A stretch of 64,000 nucleotides of DNA, from NCBI GenBank assembly GCA_965649765.1, contig OZ287756.1, positions 35,712,001 to 35,776,000 on the forward strand. Reading direction: 5' to 3'. The position numbers were made by a program, and so were the translations under genes. Shown here one piece after another: positions 13,581-26,255 of the stretch. Positions within the stretch are counted from its first letter, which is position 1; every line of letters begins with the position of its first letter. The notes below the pieces were generated by a model. That model made no database searches. It was not told where the DNA came from and saw only the letters and a program-made list of their open reading frames with translations. The stretch is from Bispira polyomma. Taxonomy: Eukaryota.

Positions 13581-14067
13581 CTGATCTAATAACCCAGGAG
13601 TTTCTCACAGTTACCGAGTGTGCCTCATTGTCAGTGCAATGTTTCTCACACTGGTTCTCACGTGTGTGCAGGAATCTTGATGTCAGAGAAGCTGTAGATT
13701 TGATTACACAGATGAATACCGCCAGTTACTCAGAGTGTTTGGTCGCTAGGGTCTCCAGCCATGTTCATACAGTTAAAGTGGCTCTGAGCCATATTTGGTT
13801 AATTGCACATTCATTTTGAACCTGTTGATGTAGATCTTTCAAAAGACAGACTCTTGGGGGAGGTGAAAAGACGTTAAATAAAGCATTAGAAGTGGAAATC
13901 TCTTTATCATGTTTTGTGAGGGCCAAGGCTTTCAGTCACTTGCATTAACAATAGAAATATGCAACCTGTCGTGACATTCCTCAGCCCAAGTCTGCTGGAT
14001 ATCTGTAGACCTGGCTTTAACATATACAATAACACTCTACCCTATCTCTGTACTCCCTTTAACAAGT

Positions 14068-14372
14068 CCCTGTAAATTCACCTTAGTAAGCCCCTGTTAC
14101 TTGTAAATTAACTTTAGTAAGCCTTTGTTACCTGTAAATTGACTTTAGTAAGCCCCTGTTACCTGCAAATTGACCTCAGTAAGCCCCTGTTATCTATAAA
14201 TTGACCTTAATAAGCCTGTGTTACCTCGCAAATGACCTCAATAAGCCTATGTTAACTGTAAATTTACCTAAGTGAGCCCATGTTATCTAGAAAATGACCT
14301 TAGACAAGCCTCGGTTACCATAACACCACAATAGACTGTTATCTGTAAATCTACCTTAGACAAGCCTCATAA
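14068..14372. repeat. 31-bp minisatellite, ~10 diverged copies, in the last Lhx2/9 intron
   Basis: Unit CCTGTAAATTGACCTTAGTAAGCCCCTGTTA repeated in tandem. Confidence 0.85.
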
Positions 14373-14404
14373 ACCTATAACACGTTTTGACAAGCCTTTC
14401 TCAC

Positions 14405-14601
14405 CTGTAAGACTCTCTTTGTCAAGCCTGTCTTCTGTGCCAATTGTTTGAGATCCTTGGCATCTGGATTCTGGTTCAAAGAAAAGTAGGACTTAAGTAT
14501 TCGGATCTGCTGGTGTTTGAATGACGTCCGTATCCGTTTCTGTCTGGGGGCGTGGATCATGAGACCATCTGCAGCAAGTCCAAGGTCTTCTCCAGATAAA
14601 C
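14405..14601 (-). CDS. Lhx2/9: apterous/Lhx2-9 homeobox exon (N-terminal arm, helices 1-2)
   Basis: QKRIRTSFKHQQIRILKSYFSLNQNPDAKDLKQLAQKTGLTKRVLQ is the diagnostic Lhx2/9 homeodomain; acceptor CAG at 14602-14604 (phase 1), donor GTGAGA from 14404. Confidence 0.95.
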
Positions 14602-14663
14602 CTGCGATGAGGAGAATTGGTACAGTTGTATTAATTTCATACACTTCTACTTATTTCATGACC

Positions 14664-14832
14664 AGGGGACCTATTCTCTAAACATCTCAAGGTCAAATCT
14701 AAGGTTAACCTTTCTCAGGCAAGAAGGAAAATATGTCAAATCTGACTCCATATTTGACATCAGCATTATGATCAGTTAAAAAGAATGGCCAGGGATTGAG
14801 TCTGAGATTGAGTTCCTTTGGAGAATACAGGC
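14664..14832. mobile_element. Harbinger-like MITE (GGGCCGTATTC-type TIR), degenerate
   Basis: Ends GGGGACCTATTCTCTAAA ... TTTGGAGAATACAGGC resemble those of the element at 60338-60567. Confidence 0.5.
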
Positions 14833-15883
14833 GTATATGATGAAAGGAGGAAATGGAGGAAAAAATACTGGTGAAATTTATGTACAGAATGTTAGCACAA
14901 TTATAGTGAAGGGAGATTTACAAACCATAGTGGGCGGCACAAAAAGTCAGAAATTCTATAATATAAATTTAGACAACAAACAAAAAAACAAAAATGTCCT
15001 GCACCAAAAAAAAGAAAAAGAAAGAAATGTACATATTTATAAAAAAACGAAACAAACCTGAGTGACCTGAATATGAGACGTTTGGGCAAAAAGTCAGATT
15101 AAACAAAAGACAGTTAGAGACAGAGGGGGAGGAGTTATTTCTCTCTGGAGCAAAAAAAAAGCCTAGTCCATTGACATCCGATCACTCCTCTAAGTTTACA
15201 TTTCCGGGCGGGTCTCTTAGACACAGAGGGACCCCTGGTAACAGACCGGAAGTGCTGCACTGGCGTGAGGGGATGTGATAAGGAGAGAGAACGGGTTGTG
15301 TGGCGGCGACACTTTGGTGCAGCAAGAGGCTGTAGACATGTTTTACCCACAAACCAAAAAACAACACAGAAATCACACAAAGGCAGATGGCTGATGGTAG
15401 TTGTTTTATAGGGAAAGATGTATGGGTCTACTGAGATACAAAAGAATTTGGGCTGAGGGTGGATGGGGGGGGGGGGGGAGGGAATGGGGTATTACCTAAT
15501 ATGTAGTAAAGTGTTTCTTTTATGAGGTTGTCATAAAAAAAATATTTAAAAAATAACTCACAAAAATATTGAATACAATGGCTATAAAAATAAAGTTATT
15601 ATATACCATTATTTGAATACCTTACTTTAAGGAAATTTCCTTAAGTACTGTTTATTTTTAAACATTTTAAAGGACATGGTAAAGTAGAATGGGTGGTTTC
15701 TTTAACAAATGTTAAAGTTAGTTGAAACTGTAGCATTATCCTTTTAAGAAGGTGATAAAAATGAAAGTATTTTCACTTTCTTCAATCCCATTTTTGACCC
15801 TACTTCACTGTCAGTCAGCTCTCTGTTATTTACCTATATCTCTATGGATCACTTCTATTTTATGGCTATGTATTATTATTAGC

Positions 15884-16008
15884 TTGTTGTGCCTTTGAAT
15901 CCGCTGGCACGGAGATTAAGCACCCTTGCATGTATTATCAGATTAGATTAGATCAGATGAGATCAGATGAGATCATATTAGATTAGATTAGATCAGATTA
16001 GATCAGAT
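15884..16008 (+). mobile_element. 3' terminal fragment of the L2 LINE family found at 26.8-29.1 kb, with an expanded (GATTA/GATCA)n tail
   Basis: TTGTTGTGCCTTTGAATCC...AGATTAAGCAC...CAGATTAGATTAGA parallels the LINE end TTGTTGTGCCTTAGAATTT...AGATTAAGCGC...TAGATTAGATT at 29039-29112. Confidence 0.75.
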
Positions 16009-16015
16009 AACTCAC

Positions 16016-16410
16016 CAAGTTGTGCCGCCATGTCCGCGTCTGTCATCATATGTTGCTGCTGGTGGTTCTTCCGTTTCCGGGGCCGACCTTTCTGTGACGC
16101 CCCGACCCCATTGTAGAATGGTATCTGCTGTGGTGGCATTCTCCCGCCGATTATATCATCCATTGGTGGCCCATCTGGATGGAATCCTGTGATGGGCATG
16201 TTCATATTAAGGTCCTGATCGAGGTCGTAGTGGGCTTTACAGTAGACTGTCTCGTCCCTCATACCAAAGTACTCGCCCGTACTCAGCACCTTGTGGCAAT
16301 GGGCGCAGGTAAAGCAGTGGATGTGGTACACAAACTGGCGGGCCTTCATCACCAACTCATCGGATGAGATGTCCAGGTGACAGCGGGCACACTTCTTCAT
16401 GGCAAACCGT
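16016..16410 (-). CDS. Lhx2/9: apterous/Lhx2-9 exon encoding LIM domain 2 and the linker with the KGRPRKRK motif
   Basis: CARCHLDISSDELVMKARQFVYHIHCFTCAHCHKVLSTGEYFGMRDETVYCKAHY and the conserved QKGRPRKRK; acceptor TTTTCTGCAG (phase 2), donor GTGAGT (phase 1). Confidence 0.95.
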
Positions 16411-18408
16411 CTGCAGAAAAAACACGGATATAAATACAGAACATATTGTATTTGTTATTATACAGTTTTCAGTATTTTCTATATAACAATGTGAACCTGT
16501 TTAAATGATACAAGTTTCTGTTTTCACAGAGATTTTTGACTTTGAATTGAAATGTGAAATAATTGTCTTCATATAAAAACACATCACCCCCTCCCCCCCC
16601 TCCCTCGCCCCCCTCCCCGTTTATGACGTTTCTTCATGTCTGTCTACCCAATATACACACAGGTCTTGTACACACGTGTGTAGCATGCATGATATAATAA
16701 CAATAAACACTTTTAAACTCTTCTTGAAGCCCTCATAAAATAGCCACCAAATTCACACAAATGGGGTTCATTATCAGTCTATTAGAAACCAATTTTCGCA
16801 GGTAAACTTCATGTGAAAGTTTATCAAATGTGACCAGTTCATTATGGGTTAGTATTGGGGACTTAATATTATCATAGCATGCCATCTTTATTCTGTCAGA
16901 ACTCATAAAGGGGCAGTTAGATTCACTTTAAGGGTTTGTCACAGTCATCACGTGTTTACTCTTAGTTTCACACGACAACAAGAGGTGTAAAAACAGATGG
17001 GAAGGGTTTTTGGGTGAGGTGTGTTAGGTTAGGTTAGAAGTGGGGGAGAGGGGGGGGGGTAATTGATACCTGCCAGTCATTAATAATTATATGTCATAAA
17101 CCTTAGTCAGATTTAGGAGGAAAGAATAAGAATAATATTGTAAAAGCTCTCTACTTTTAAGTGAAAAAAGGGACAGATTTCCAGATTTTTTTTGTAACTA
17201 AAAATAGCCAACAATGAAAAATTAAATTAATTCCAGTGAATTTCCTAAAAGTGAAAAAAGAAATCCAGATAAATTTTACAATCTACCATCCAACACACAA
17301 ACATGTGAATTCCTCGTCCATTCAGTTATACATATAAACATAAAATGATAATACTAACAAGGTTGAAATTCCCCTTCCAAACAGTTCAGTATTGAAAACC
17401 TGGATGACTATTACCAGCAGGATAATTTACTCGAAATGACAGTTTATCAAAACTTGTGGGCCTGATTTATTCCAAGTGAAGGCCATAATACACGTATACA
17501 CTACAATAGATGATTAAACTCCCGAATAGTAAACCCAGCCTGTGATTTGGTATAAATATATCAAATTGTGTCGTGTTAAATTGTTCACATAATAAGATAA
17601 TAAGGTTAAAAAGAGTAGTTTTTATACAGTACAAAAAAGTCTGGGACAGAATGAAGACGACTTAAGAATAACATAGCGTGATTTGCGTGGAAAGGGTTTT
17701 TAGACAATAAGTCAGATCTGTATTCAGAAATGACAAAAATGATTAAACATTTACCTCGTGATTTGTACTCAATTCTGGCAAATACTGAATCCTTTTAAAC
17801 ACATAGAAATAAAACTGCTTGTACTAATCTTGTGTTTGGTCATACATAGTGATACTAATATTTATGTAGAACATAATTATATATGTTCTTTCCTTACAGT
17901 TTTTGTTATACTAGATTTTACTTTTAGATCTCTCATTGTAATAATTATTACTAGCTTTTGCCTGTTTACTACATGCATGTGGTTTTGAAGGATGAGGAAG
18001 CTAACGTCATGTCAATTTATGGTGTTAGCTATGATGAACACGTCATTATGATGTTGGCTGTGACGTGTCACGGTAGCAGAAGTCACTGATGGTAATTTTG
18101 GTCAAGAAAGATAATTTATATTTTAAAATATTAAGTTTTAACCTGATTTGGTGATTTTTGTCAAGAAATGTCCATATATTTTTGTAAATGTGAAGTCTTT
18201 TACCTTAAGATTACATCAGGTTAATAGTCTCTCTGGAACCCAACATTTCTATCAGTATCCAAATTAGTGCAGGCATACAGTACCCTACCAACACTTATGT
18301 ATTTAGATTTATGGCTTTATTATGCTAGAATGAGTTTCAAATTTGTCCACATTTCACCCCATCACAGGAGACACCATATACACCTGTATTTTAAACCAAA
18401 AAGCTCAC

Positions 18409-18635
18409 CTGTAGTAATCTTGTTTACAGTAAATGTTGCCATCACGTGCAAAACACGTGACGTTTGAGTCCAGCGATTGGTTACACTCAACACACGTCAG
18501 ACACGTGACGTGCCAGCGCCGGTCCACTGCTAACAAGTAAAACCGGTCCACGATTTTCCCGCCACAGCCGGCGCAACATTCGGGTTCTTGCGTCATAGCT
18601 CCACCGTTGTTGTTATCAGTCAAGGTTGGCATTTC
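18409..18635 (-). CDS. Lhx2/9: apterous/Lhx2-9 exon encoding LIM domain 1
   Basis: CAGCGGKIVDRFYLLAVDRRWHVTCLTCVECNQSLDSNVTCFARDGNIYCKQDYYR; acceptor TTTTCAG (phase 0), donor GTGAGC (phase 2). An internal ATG at 18630-18632 could also serve as start. Confidence 0.95.
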
Positions 18636-19276
18636 CTGAAAATGCAATGGAGTATAAACATGAGGTTCACGCGGACGCCATCCGATTATTATACAGTGTG
18701 TCTCTTATATGACATTCGTAAAATGGTATTGTACCAACTTGGATCAGAAATATGGTTATGTATAAAACGTCTTTTGTTCACATGGTGAGAAAACACGTGT
18801 TGATTGAAGGCAATGTACATTCATTATTCAAATACAAGGACCATTTCCGTGGGGTGGGGGGAGAAAAAGGAAAAAAGTCAAATAACAACAACTAAATAAA
18901 TCACTAGTTTCTGTACAAAGAAATGTAAATTTTGTGTTTACCAATTGGCTGGAGTGAATGGCTTACATATGATACATTAAAAGTATGACAAGAAAAGGTT
19001 GTCACTTTAAGTCTCACTTTCCATTATGTGACATATTTGTACATCTTTTATCTTCTCCAAACTATTTTTTTTTTCTCATTCAGAACCCCCTATCTCTTCT
19101 AGTAATCATTGGCTTTATAGTGTGTCCACATAATGGGCCCAAGTAGCTTTTTGGTACATGAATGGTGTGTGTCTAAACTCCCATTCAGAAAGTCACAGCA
19201 AACTGTAAAAAGATGAGCACACATAGATTGTCTAATAAATAACTCTCAGGTTGCACATTGACATGTAGGACTGTGG

Positions 19277-19527
19277 CAAATAACCCCACAATGAGGTGGT
19301 CTCACCATACAGCCAACATCCAGAAAGGGGTCAGTCTTCTGGGAGACGGTGAGGTCTCTTTTAAATGAATCCCTAGCCTGATCCTAGGCTTATGTGTGTA
19401 CATATAAACTGTGTACAAATAAGACCACATTCAGCTGGTCTCAGCATACAGTCAACATCTAAAGAGGATCAGTTCACTGGGTAACACTGTATTCATTTTA
19501 TAATCTCTAGCCTTCTCCAAGGCTTAA
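19277..19527. repeat. diverged tandem duplication (~139-bp period, 2 copies)
   Basis: CAAATAACCCCACAATGAGGTGGTCTCACCATACAGCCAACATC...CTAGCCT recurs as CAAATAAGACCACATTCAGCTGGTCTCAGCATACAGTCAACATC...CTAGCCT. Confidence 0.6.
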
Positions 19528-22500
19528 GCTTATAAATTATTAGTCCTTAACCCTCAAATTTACCCACTAGGCCAAATAGACCACCAAGTTAGTCATACAG
19601 TCTTATTTCAATTCCACAAACTTATATTTACTAGAACACTACTCAATAGAGGTAATACCTCTGTCAGCCAACCAACAGCAAGAGTTAAACTAGGGACCTT
19701 GCGATCACCAGACCAACTCCCCCCAATGAGAGTTGAATGGGTGACCTGACATAGAGAGGTAATAATATTCCTGCAGTCCAACTATTGGAGTATTTTCCTT
19801 ACCAGAAGCTGAAATAAATTCTACATATATAAGGGAAGTTTGTTCAATAAAAAACAAGGATAAAACAGTATTACATATCAAAGCTTGATATGTTTTAAGG
19901 CAAGGCTAAGGAATCCCTAAATGTTCTGAGTCTATAAAACCAGTAGTAGACAGTTACTGGCCTACAAACATAGCCCCTATAACTAGGGAAGTTTACTGCT
20001 ACAATATTTGGACATAGCAATCTCAAGAATGTGGAGTACTTTCTTCTTACATATATGTATACACAACAGATATTTGGTTAGCCCCTCAAAGTAGTAGCTT
20101 TCAATGAAATGCTTTACACACTTAATTCATATGTTGACTTTATCTTTTTTGTCTTTCTCAATTTTTTCTAATATATATTTTAGACTAGTTCTTAAAGATT
20201 CTTTCATAAAAAGCAATAAAACAAGGTGGTGTGGCTTATTTGATAGGAAATTAAAATCTTCGTCCAGTATATGGGGCAAGATGGATAAATTTGTGTCTTA
20301 CGGGCAGAATTAGTGTTAGTTATAAATGTAGATATAGATATGACTTTTGTATCAAGAATATATATAAAATGACACAAAACAAGGGAAATGTGCTATATCT
20401 ATGTGTGATAGTTTTCTTGGAGAAAGTTCAGTGATATCCAAAGTACTCAGAAAAAAGGCACACATACTGATTAATAAACATTTTAACAGTGACATAAGAA
20501 CACGTGTATGAAACTTCAGGCATCCCACACCGAAGAAAAACCCTCCACTATATATTATGTAAAACAGTTATAACTTATTCTGTCTCTATATAAACTTTTT
20601 GTTATTGACAAGCTAAATCACCCAGTCCATTGTAATCTGTTATCATCAGTAAATAAGGTTTTATACAAAGAGATGGGTGTATTGTGAGTTATAATGACTG
20701 GTTTCCAGCTCCCATAAGACCTTGTACAGCTTTCTCTGAGAGATTGGGTTCATCTTAGATATGTTTGTACTTATGCTCAGCTCAACCTTTTCACCCCACC
20801 CACCCACCCCCATAAACTGACTCTAGAAGTGATAATGTTTGGCTATTTTTTTTTTTTTAAATTTATAGTCATAATTTTAAAATTGTATTTATATTTTAAC
20901 CAAAAAATTGTGATTTAAATCTCAAAATTTGTAAATTGATGAAAATTGTTTTTTTTTTCTTGGCTGAAATGCTCACTACTATAGTGTATAAGCATCCTAC
21001 CATTACAGAGGTTTAGCATTCACCTTAAAACCCCCACAGGAGGTCACAACCCCTTTCATATGTGTGCACAGTGGGGTTGTTTCTCCCCTCAATATCTCTC
21101 ATCAAAAACATTGGATACCCTAAAATTAAGCCATTTACCGGGATAAAGAGAAGAATACAATCTCTTTTAAGGGGAGGTGAACAAGAACCTCTTAAAACCT
21201 GTGCAGGGTTATAGATTTTAAACCTAAATTTCTCCTTTTATTATTAAAATGTAAACAACTTGTTATTGTTGTCGTTGTTTACTAGTTATATTCTATATTC
21301 TTTGAATTTCACACTTTATAATCTAAAAAAACAATCTAGTGTAAAATACTGAGCCTATCCACATAAACTGATATTTTCTTGTAACCTTAAACTTAAATGC
21401 CCTATTTCCCCGTCTAACTCTCAAAGCCCCGGGAATTTTTTACTTTTTTTTTTTGGTTTTGTATCAGAAGTTGATCTCCCGTTCTGTTCAGGAAGTCTCA
21501 AGCAGTAGCTGTCAATCACCCTGTCTCCTCCCTGACATATTGCCACAAAACCACCATTGAAAGTTCGGCCCAAATGAGGGATTGTATGATGACAGGGGTT
21601 TCATATCATCATCTCAAGCACTAATAACAAGATTTAGTGGGGTTTTTCTTCTTCACAGGAAATCGGAGGTTGTTTTACTGACTACTATTAAAATATCTAC
21701 AAAGTTTGTAGATAATCTAAGATGTTTTAAAGTGTACTGGCCAAAGTTATCTGTTGGAGGAACGGCAAAAAATGTTTAGTTATAAGTTGTAAATGAGACC
21801 ATTGATTGAAAATATTGTTACATTTTAGCAGTCTATATCTGATACTCTTACAAGGCGTGGTTTGTTTTAAATTTAAGACAATGTTGTTGATTTTTGGGAG
21901 TTTAACATTGCAGTTTTCACCGTTGTTTTTTATATATATAAAAAAAACCTTCACCAGAATATGTTGTCATGCTGACATGATTATTTGTACACTACCCAGC
22001 CTCAGGTTTGCAAAGGATGGCTGTTCCTTCATATTGTGATAAGAGAATAATTTGTCTAATTTATAATTTTCTAGAGTAGTCCACTGGAACTCATACTGCA
22101 CTCAAATCCGGGTTCTCTGACAATAATTTCCACATGGGCCTATATCTGAGTTGAGTATGAATCTATTTCCAAATACCAGCTCAGGTGAATATCCATTCCA
22201 TCTATGAGACATTTTGTAGGAAAACTGTGTTTTGTCAACAGCATCCTAGAAATATAGAGATTTAACACTATAAGATGGCTAGATTAGTGTAATCTAGAGC
22301 CTTCCTATTTATACCTCACTGTGTACTGTGTGGTGTGTGTGTGGTTCTGGTGGTTTGAGAGAGAAAGTAGGAAGTGTCACACTGTGTTAACTACAACTAC
22401 CACTGTATCACTTGTATATATGGTGGTCAGCCAGGGCATCACACACACAGACATACAGCCTCACACAGCCACACAGCCAGCCACACATACACCCACACAG

Positions 22501-23481
22501 AACCACACACACTGAGAATGACATGTTAATTCCATCAATGTGGGTGGGACACACACAAGCCCCCACCACTAAATATAACATACCCAACCCCCAATTCGTG
22601 TGTACATGTTTATAATGTGTGTATCTGTAACTGCCTGAGGTCTCCGAGGTCTAGACGTCCTAAAACCTACGTATCTACACAGCCGTCTATCTAGTACGTC
22701 TGGATTATATAAGAGTCTATCTATTGTACTAGTTGTTTGGTTGGAGACTTGCTAAGAAGGGTCCCCAATTTGTTGATTTATTATGATAATCATGTGCCCC
22801 TCCTTTATAATGTGTATTTATAACAAAAGCACATCTATGTATACTCACACACAGTAAAACCTACCCCTAAATACACATACATACACATACATTGATGGAT
22901 TGAAATGTTATTTTCATTCATAATGTTTTCTGTATTGGACTGTCACGACATTCTAGAGTTCTATGTGGCTTTTTAATATGTAAAAATAACAAATATTTGC
23001 AATACCCCACAAGACCTACAGGGGATAACATGGTAAAACAGGGTTGAACACTTATTGTGGTAGGGTTGATATTTTTTTTTGCTGATCCTCAGAATTCCAT
23101 CTAAAGGTTCTTGTGACTTGTTTATTTTATAAACTAATTTATAAATAGCCAATGTTAGTGGAAGTGCCAGTGAACAAGAGAATGGGTGAAATTTATACTG
23201 AATTGTGCAGTGATATGTCTGTTAGTTTATATATATGTGTGTGACATCATACTGAGTGACCATCTAACTATGCACCACGTGACGTATGTAAGAAATAGCA
23301 CATAAATTTTGTAGAGTGATTTTAAAGGTTTCCTTTTTATGAAATGTAGGAAAAGTGAGCCAAGTTGCTTACAATCCATTTAAAGAAACCTTAAGGAAGA
23401 CAGTTTTCGTTGAAATGTGACTTCAGTACAAAGCTGACGTGTCTTACAACAGGTTGACAATTGGTGATCACTAAAATATAC

Positions 23482-23721
23482 CATGTTATCTTCTTGATGC
23501 TCGCCAAACACTGCATCAAAGGCCGGGAAACACTCGTCAAACAGCAAGTCAGACTCGGCCATTTCCGTGTCCAAGTCGGAAAGGCACAAATCTTTTTGAT
23601 CTGCACACGGAAACAGCTCGTCAATGACGTCATGACAGTCGGCGCTGACAACGCCACCGGAAGTTGTATCATCGTTTCCAGTTGGCACTGAAGTCACTTC
23701 GTCTGCTTGTTTTAAGTCCAT
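23482..23721 (-). CDS. Lhx2/9: candidate first coding exon (1b) of apterous/Lhx2-9, acidic 80-aa N-terminus
   Basis: GC/CpG-richer open frame MDLKQADEVTS...EHQEDNM ending at a phase-0 donor (ATG|GTATAT), compatible with the phase-0 acceptor at 18635; TATATAAAA ~160 nt upstream. Confidence 0.55.
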
Positions 23722-24441
23722 GTTTGGACTCTTGGCCCGTGGATTTACTGGCTTCTTCAAGTCCTTATTGCTGACAACTGATCTTAATTATTGCATTTAA
23801 CAATGGTGGTTCTTTTTGGTTATTTGTATGTACTGATATATAATGTAAGTACTTGACGTATATGTGTACACCTCACAGTTTTATATATAAACATGTTCCC
23901 TGGCTGTTTATCAAGCATTTGGCTCTATTGGACAAAATGTGTTAATAAGGGGTTAATAACGAATCTTATTCACCACATTATCATTAAAATAGTAGGTCAG
24001 ATCCATAAATACTACACGCCTTCACTAATAGTAAGTCCTTAGCACATAAGAAATTCTAGTTATTTAAGAAAAACCCTTAATTGTATATTGCAAGTTAATT
24101 CAAGTTTAACATAGGAGCTCTTAAGCCTAAGAATACCTGCTTTATTGTCTTAAATAAGATAGCAGAAACTCTAAAGACAATATAATACAATCAAAGATTG
24201 GCATTGAGTTTCACACCATGCCTTAATGTTCCCTGCCAAAGCTATCCCCTGAAAGCAGCTAATATGGCACTGAAGCTCCCTGGAAACTGCAAATTTTGGG
24301 TGAAAATTCCATTACTTGTTTTATTGCTACTCAGCAACATACACATAACTAATGATACAAGTCATATCCCTTACCATTTTGCAATGGAATAAGAGTTATG
24401 AACAGAGTTAAATTTATGTTATTACAAAAAAAACTACTGAC

Positions 24442-24474
24442 CTGTTTGAAGGCTAGGTGCTGACTAAGAACCAT
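24442..24474 (-). CDS. Lhx2/9: candidate alternative first coding exon (1a) of apterous/Lhx2-9, MVLSQHLAFKQ
   Basis: ATG at 24474, 11 codons, strong phase-0 donor CAG|GTCAGT; lies downstream of a TATA/GC/CCAAT cluster. Confidence 0.5.
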
Positions 24475-24946
24475 CTGAATGCTGTTACTACACACACTTT
24501 TTCAGATAAGAACTGTATTCACCCCGCTCTAGGTGACGTCCTCTCTTTTTATGTTTATTCCTCAGAGAATCTCCACACACAATCACACATTGAAAAAAAA
24601 GTAAACTGACTTGAAGAAGATTCTCAGTCACAAAAACATAAAACTGTGAAACCATGAAAAATTGGTGTCCATTCTGTGTTTAAATAATCCACGGAAAACT
24701 GTTTCTCCAATAACAGAATCATACAACGTTTTTATAGTCACACTGCTTAGACTATTGATATGCTACCAATATATAGTCCTTGTTTTTATCAGATTTATTG
24801 AGGTGTCTGATACATACTTATAGCAATAGAAATTGATAATAATTTTTTAGAACATGAGGGAAAAAACTGGTAGTTGTTTAGAGTGAGTTAGATACATAAA
24901 TGGCTTAGATACGTGATGTAAGCATGTTTTGAAGTCTACCAGGAGC

Positions 24947-25180
24947 TTTATAGAGAGGGAAGGGTTTCACTGGCTGACAGATAGAGAAAAAAACCCATAG
25001 AGGAGCATCAATCAACATAAAAGTGGGCGGGCACAACCCCCTTTCCCCCTCCCCAAACTCTACTTCTTCATATCATAAACAACTCGGCCCAACCGACCAG
25101 AACAATTCTAACTTTGCAATTTGCAAAACCCAACAGTCGATTTCATTGGCTGAATTGGGAGAGATCTGAGAACCAATGGC
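24947..25180 (-). promoter_or_regulatory. candidate core promoter of Lhx2/9
   Basis: TATAAA on the minus strand at 24947-24952, GC box GGGCGGG at ~25024, and two CCAAT boxes in opposite orientation at ~25145 and ~25173. Confidence 0.45.
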
Positions 25181-26139
25181 TTTGGAGGTCTAATAATCGT
25201 GTTGCGAAGCTTTCACAGTAGCACTGCACGGAATAAAAGGTAGCAAAAAGAGCTCCTCCCTAGTACATTATGGGGGAGAAGAGAAGGGTTGCTTTCATGT
25301 GAGTGTGTGTGTGTTTTAAAGGCCTTAATCCCATTTCAAGTTACATCAACCTACTTGAAAATCACCTAAAGAAGTGATAAAAGCCTGATTTATCTTTGTG
25401 TGTGTATTTAAGGTTAGAATATTCACCAATTCTAGGCCACATTCTCCTTTCCTTCTTTAGAAATGAGTTTAACTCTCTCCTGCTGTGATTTGTGGATGAT
25501 GTATACTTTGAAGTTATTCTATAAGAACATGATAACACATGTGTGTCTTCTTAGCAGTTCTTGTTAAGGTGATTGTGTCACAATACTTTAATCTGGTAGA
25601 ACATATGTACATCCCACATAAACTTTGGATTTGACCTATCCAAAGACAAGTATACTTGTATGCAAAATCAATGGTAGTTTGTGTTTTGTGTTAATAGCTA
25701 TGGCTATTTCTAGAAACACTTGAAAGTACTTAATATATTTTAAAACTTTCAAATGGTGATTATACAAAATGAAGTAGGAACATTTAGATGCTCAGTTTCG
25801 GTACATTTGTTTCTTCCTTTACAGCGTTTTTGTTTGTTGTATCAAAACATGTATAACACAAAATCTCCACACATTACTCATAACCACATTTAGCGGATGT
25901 CACTTTCATAAATAACGGTAGGAATTACTTTGATAAGATTTGCCATTGTTACTAACATGAACCAAATTATTTGGACCTATATACCATCAAAACACACTCA
26001 GCTCTAATTTAATACCATACTGAGTGCAGTAGATAGGAGCCTGACTTTGTGTAAGTCTGTGTTATAGATAATAATAAGTCAGGATACAATAATGGACAAC
26101 TGGACAACTAAAATAACAGGGGTATATTCTTAAAGCCAC

Positions 26140-26255
26140 GAGGCAAACTTGTGTTTACATCTTGCCCAAGGATGTTATCCCACCAAATGAAACTAGCGGT
26201 TAATACCAGGAATAGAACCAGGGACCTAATCATCAGACCAACACCCTAACCATGC
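26140..26255 (-). mobile_element. CORE-type SINE fragment
   Basis: CTTGCCCAAGGA...GGAATAGAACCAGGGACC...CCCTAACCA is the reverse complement of a tRNA head plus the CORE motif (CCTTGGGCAAG). Confidence 0.5.

Noticed and set aside
22335-22512. 15-bp inverted repeat GTGTGTGTGGTTCTG / CAGAACCACACACAC as a miRNA or structured RNA
   Set aside because: Low-complexity CA/TG sequence with a ~150-nt loop; not a pre-miRNA-like hairpin.
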